Shown here one piece after another: positions 59,151 through 64,000 of a stretch of DNA of 64,000 nt. The DNA lies in the NCBI GenBank assembly GCA_951406725.2, contig OX597837.1, forward strand, positions 12,338,001 through 12,402,000, given 5' to 3'. The translations under genes and the position numbers were made by a program. Within the stretch, counting starts at the first letter, position 1. The number at the start of each line of letters is the position of its first letter. Source of the DNA: Octopus vulgaris. Lineage: Eukaryota. Below the pieces are notes generated by a model, which worked only from the letters and a program-made list of their open reading frames with translations, was not told the origin of the DNA and made no database searches.

Positions 59151-61712
59151 CAAGCAGACAAATTTTAAAAAATGCAGAATGCTCAAATGAAAGAAAATTT
59201 TCATAAAATGAGAAAATGAGAAAATATATAAATATATATTTATTCAAACCGGTTTTCGTCATTGTTTGACTTGTCAAGAATATTTATGTTAAAAAAGTTT
59301 TTTAAAAATTAGAAAGGGGAAAAAGAGAAAATTGCATTGTTTTTTGTAAAAGAATAATAATAAGAATGTACAAAAATTAAAAAATGAGTACTCCGATACA
59401 TTGTGAGTTCGTTGTGTATCTTGAGTTTAATGATTGTTCACGAAAAAATTACCTTGAGGTGTTAAGATCCAATGGGATTAAGAGCATGTGTTGTTTGGTT
59501 TAATTCAGGATGTTGGCAGAACAGGAAGTAGTAGTAATTGTGGTTCTTCAGTTCCTGTGTTGTGAGTAAGGGGAGACAACTCTTTTGAGTTCTTCAATAA
59601 AGGCTGTTGGTAAAACCCAAATTATAAAATTATCATTTGCGTTAACTTTTTTATATAATTGTTTGTTAACTTAACTTTCAGATTTTAACACTTTATTTAT
59701 ATTATTTTCTAATTATATAAATCTGCATAGACAATTGCATTTCAGATTGTCATATCATTTATAATAAAAATGATAGTAATAACAACAATAGTAAAAATGA
59801 TATTTAAAGAATATAAGTTTTAGCTTGTAGTGATGAATGCATGGTATCTTTATATATTTGTGTTAGTCCATCCATGAAGAGTGAGGTAGAAAAAGGAAGT
59901 TTGATCAACGAGGAGTTTGCATATTAAGTTGTGTTTGGAATTTTTCAATAAAGAGATTCTCCTTGTTAATTCTCTCTTGTGTGGTGATCCCGTCTTTACA
60001 TTGGTAGAAGGGGAATATATAGAATTTGGGGTTTAAGTCTTTAGCACATGAGTCTAAGTGGTCACTCAGTGGAATTTGTCGGTATTCCGGGAGATTTATT
60101 TATTCTTTATGCACCGTTACTCGTTTACGTAACGGGAGACTCGTTTGTCCAACATAATTATGTTGGCAACCAGCGCATGTGAGAACGTAGATAAGGTTCT
60201 CGGAGGAACAGGAGAAGTTAGTCTTGATTTTAAACTTCGTACCTTGTTTGAAGGTAAATTCAGAGCCTTCAAGTAGAAAGGGGCAGGTACCACAGTTTGA
60301 GCGTGCACATTTTTTTACTGTTGGGGGTGGATGTGGTGTATGAAGTTTGGCATTTGTCAAGAGTCTTTTTAAAGATTTGTGTTGCCTTTTACATTTGAGG
60401 ATTTTGTGTGTATTTATAATGTTTTTCATTTTTGGGTCTGTTGACAGTAGACTGAGGTTTTGTATGATTGTGGTGTATGCTTCGATATTTTTGGGGTTGT
60501 GGGTGGAAATGTATGGAAGTATTCTGAGGTTGTGTGTGGTGTTAGGTTGGGTGGTTTTCAGTGTAGTGTTATCTAGTTCTTTGGCGCGTTTTATTCCATA
60601 CTCTATAAGGGTGGAGGGATATTGACGTTGTAATAGTGTTTTTTTGAGGTCTTGAAGGCGTATTTCTCGTGTTTTTGGATCCGAGACAATGGTGCATACC
60701 CTTTTAGCTAAATTGAAAGGGATATTTGTCTTGGTGTGTTTTGGGTGGCATGAACTAAAGAGGAGGTATTGTTGTGAGTCTGTAGGTTTGTGGTAGATGT
60801 CTGTTATGATTTGGTTCTTAGGTGTTTTTATAATTAGGAGATCAAGGAATGGGAGATGATGTTCGCTTAATTCCATAGTGAATTGGATGTTGGGATGTAT
60901 GTTGTTTAGTATGGTTTTGAATTCCAGGAGTTTTTCATAAGGTTCTTTCCATATGATGAAACAATCATCTAAATACCTTTTCCAGTTTTCCATTAGGTAG
61001 GTGTGGAAAACATGTCCAAATTTCTGGCTTGATATTTCATAGAGTGACAGTTCGCAAGGACTGGTGCAGCCTTGGTACCCATCGCAATACCACATTTTTG
61101 ACGGTAGTGTGTGTCGTCGAACAGAAAAAAATTGTTTGTCAGAATGAACTTGAGAGATTCTGTAATAAAAGACTTGTTGATGCGGTCAGGGAATGTCTCT
61201 GGGTGTTTTCGCAAATGAAGCTAAAATGATAATTTTATAATTTGGGTTTTACCAACAGCCTTTATTGAAGAACTCAAAAGAGTTGTCTCCCCTTACTCAC
61301 AACACAGGAACTGAAGAACAACAATTACTACTACTTCCTGTTCTGCCAACATCCTGAATTAAACCAAACAACACATGCTCTTAATCCCATTGGATCCTAA
61401 TACCTCAAGGTAATTTTTTCGTGAACAATCATTAAACTCAAGATACACAACGAACTCACAATGTATCGGAGTACTCAATTTTTAATTTTTGTACATTCTT
61501 ATTATTATTCTTTTGCAAAAACCAATGCAATTTTCTCTTTTTCCCCTTTCTAATTTTTAAAAAACTTTTTTAACATAAATATTCTTGACAAGTCATACAA
61601 TGACGAAAACCGGTTGAATAAATATATATTTATATATTTTCTCATTTTCTCATTTTATAAAAATTTTCTTTCATTTGAGCATTCTGCATTTTTTAAAAAA
61701 ATTGTCCTTGCT
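59149..61712 (-). mobile_element. 5'-truncated Penelope-like element (Neptune-like) with ~490-bp inverted termini
   Basis: ORF remnant 61214-59905 reads YRQKCGIAMGTKAAP, WKRYLDDCF, LPFLD, YHKPTD, CARSNCGTC and ENLIYVLTC..YVGQT. There is an internal deletion or frameshift near 61050 and a premature stop at 60100. Segments 59149-59638 and 61224-61712 are reverse complements. Confidence 0.92.
59241..59282 (-). ncRNA. Hammerhead ribozyme with U3-A8 core in the PLE terminal repeat (inverted copy at 61580-61620, plus strand)
   Basis: Reverse complement: tattc-TTGACAA-gtca-aacaa-tgac-GAAA-accggt-TT-gaata. The plus-strand copy lacks one T at the cleavage site. Confidence 0.75.
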
Positions 61713-61757
61713 TATCATTTCTCCACGTGCGGTCAACACAACCCCACCATTTATTGA

Positions 61758-61885
<128 letters not shown>

Positions 61886-62687
61886 CAAATGAGTTAATAT
61901 TGATTCCTTATATTGACACAGGTCCACGCAAGTCAGTGAATGCACAATCGGCAGATTCTTGCCTCAACAGACGACATAAAGACACGTTAAGTAATTCTGA
62001 AGAATACTTTTTTCTCAATTTCACCCATTCTGTCAACCGATATTTATCACTGGACGAAAACCGGATTTTCAATTTTCGCCACTTTTTTTAAACAGAGTGT
62101 AAGTTCCCCGTAAGTGGAAAGCTTCAGATAAACGGTGGACAGAGTAGGAATTAGGAAGTTCCATTTTTGGATTTTCTATAAAATTACAGCGCACAAACAA
62201 ATCATTGAATCTATGTTCTCTGTAAATTACTGGCATAAATTTGCACCTTCACATTAAATTACCTTATTACATTTTTGTCATGATCCGATGATTTTAATGT
62301 GAAATTAAGGCAGAAAGGAACACCAACTCCAGCATATCGATACGTGTCTTTACATTGAGTGGTAAATGGCAGGCGTGTTTATCGATTGAAAATAGAGCGA
62401 AATGACTGCGAAATATAACTGTACTAAAGAGATTCTGACCATAGTTTTGGAAGAACATATTCTGTGAAGAAAATATAATTTAGAGATCAAACAAACATCT
62501 TTTATATAATGAAATTATTTTAAACAAATCAAGGTGACCAAATCAATGAAATAATTTGTTAATTGTCGAATGCTACCTTTCAGGGTTTATTTCAGCAGAC
62601 AGAACGTACACCACTCAGGAATTAATATCCTTTCAGATTCGAAACCTCAACTAAAACCTCGTGAGGATCCGTGGAAAAGATACAACA

Positions 62688-64000
62688 ATGTCTCGATTTA
62701 CTAATTGCGTTCAGCGCTATTGCTCGTGTCGATGGAGATTATGCTATATTTGTGCAATGGCTTCTGTTTTGGTGCAAACATTAAGAGTCGATATAAGTAT
62801 GGCGTTTGTTTGTATGTTGAAAACCCCGAATCGTACAAGCGAAGAAGTTAACGTTACTACAGACAACCAACATTGTTCCGGATTCGATAACCGTTCAATG
62901 ATCGAAAACTATGAAGGAGAGCTTGAATGGAGCGACACGTTACAATCAAACACACTGGCTGGTTTCTTCTATGGATATATAGCAACTAATTATTTGGGTG
63001 GTTTATTGGCCGATAAATATGGTGCGAAAAGAGTTGTCGGAGGTTCAATACTCTCAGCATCCATTCTGACCATTCTTCACCCAAGTCTGTCTCGAATTAG
63101 TGGTTACTTGACCCTCGTTCTAAGGATATTAACAGGTATGGCATCAGGACCAATATACCCGGCGTTTCAATCCTTATATGGACGTTGGGCGCCTCCGCAA
63201 GAAATTGGTGCGTTGGTTGGGCTTACTTTTGCTGGTCTGTTTCTGGGTAATATTGTAGGTCTTTCAATATCAGGTTATCTTTGTCTTTATGGATTTGACA
63301 ATGGATGGGGTTCTATATTTTATATATTTGGTGGATTATCGTTGGTGTTTAGTTGTGTATGGTTTTATGTTGTGTACGATACTCCTGATGACCATCCAAC
63401 CATTAGCGACAAAGAACTTTCTTATTTAAACAGAATTATAACAAGTAAAAAAGTGGTGAAAAATGTACCATGGAGACGGCTGATTTCTTCGCCTGCAGTT
63501 TGGGCCATTAGCATTGGCTGGTTTGCCCATTGTTGGACTGCTTTCTCTTTCCAGGTGTTGCTACCCCTTTATATGAAAGAAGCCTTAAACGTTAATACAA
63601 CCTCTAATGGTTTAATGTCATCTGCTCCTTCGGTCGGACTGATCATTGCACTACCACTGTGCGGGAACTTGGCTGATTTTGTACGTTTAAAGAAATACAT
63701 ATCAACTCGTTGTGTTCGCGTTTTATTCCAAAGCATTGCCCTGATTCCTTCAGCATGTCTGTTGATAGTCATAGGATTCCTCAGATGTGACCAAACCATT
63801 CTAATAACTATCTTATTGTTTCTCATTGGTATAACTCTATCATTTTCCAGTGGTGGTGTTATCGTCAACAACAATGACATTGCCCCAAGTTATTCTGGTA
63901 TTATATTTGGAATTGCAACTACTTTCGCTACGGCTTCGGGATGTATTTGTCCCTTATCTGCAAAAGCTTTAGCCCCAAACGGTACACAAGAAGAATGGCA
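62688..64000 (+). CDS. SLC17/sialin-like transporter, paralog 6 (partial, runs off the window; absent from the ORF track)
   Basis: ATG at 62688 (MSRFTNCVQRYCSCRW). The distance to ..GTQEEW is 1313 nt, identical to paralog 2, so there is no net indel. Confidence 0.93.
   Translation, partial: MSRFTNCVQRYCSCRWRLCYICAMASVLVQTLRVDISMAFVCMLKTPNRTSEEVNVTTDNQHCSGFDNRSMIENYEGELEWSDTLQSNTLAGFFYGYIATNYLGGLLADKYGAKRVVGGSILSASILTILHPSLSRISGYLTLVLRILTGMASGPIYPAFQSLYGRWAPPQEIGALVGLTFAGLFLGNIVGLSISGYLCLYGFDNGWGSIFYIFGGLSLVFSCVWFYVVYDTPDDHPTISDKELSYLNRIITSKKVVKNVPWRRLISSPAVWAISIGWFAHCWTAFSFQVLLPLYMKEALNVNTTSNGLMSSAPSVGLIIALPLCGNLADFVRLKKYISTRCVRVLFQSIALIPSACLLIVIGFLRCDQTILITILLFLIGITLSFSSGGVIVNNNDIAPSYSGIIFGIATTFATASGCICPLSAKALAPNGTQEEW

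Overview
AT-rich, microsatellite-dense eukaryotic DNA, most likely an octopus (coleoid cephalopod) genome. That assignment is inferred from the tRNA-derived SINE families and the repeat landscape. The genic content is a head-to-tail tandem array of six SLC17 (sialin/VGLUT-family MFS anion transporter) paralogs, all on the + strand and each with an intron-free coding region: four are intact, one is frameshifted, and one runs off the window end. The paralogs lack the TM4 acidic residues conserved in sialin and VGLUTs, vary strongly at predicted substrate-pocket positions, and appear mosaic (gene conversion or unequal crossover). The spacers are packed with mobile DNA: three Penelope-like retroelements (one Naiad-like with a nearly intact RT/GIY-YIG ORF), Tx1-, R4/Dong- and HERO-like LINE fragments, a full-length dead mariner, a Sola-like remnant, MITEs and SINEs. 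A layer invisible to the ORF track is a set of about 15 type-I hammerhead ribozyme motifs from several unrelated families. These include compensatory core variants (U3-A8, G3-C8) and palindromic pairs with a ribozyme on each strand. All calls were made by eye, with no alignment, folding or database search.
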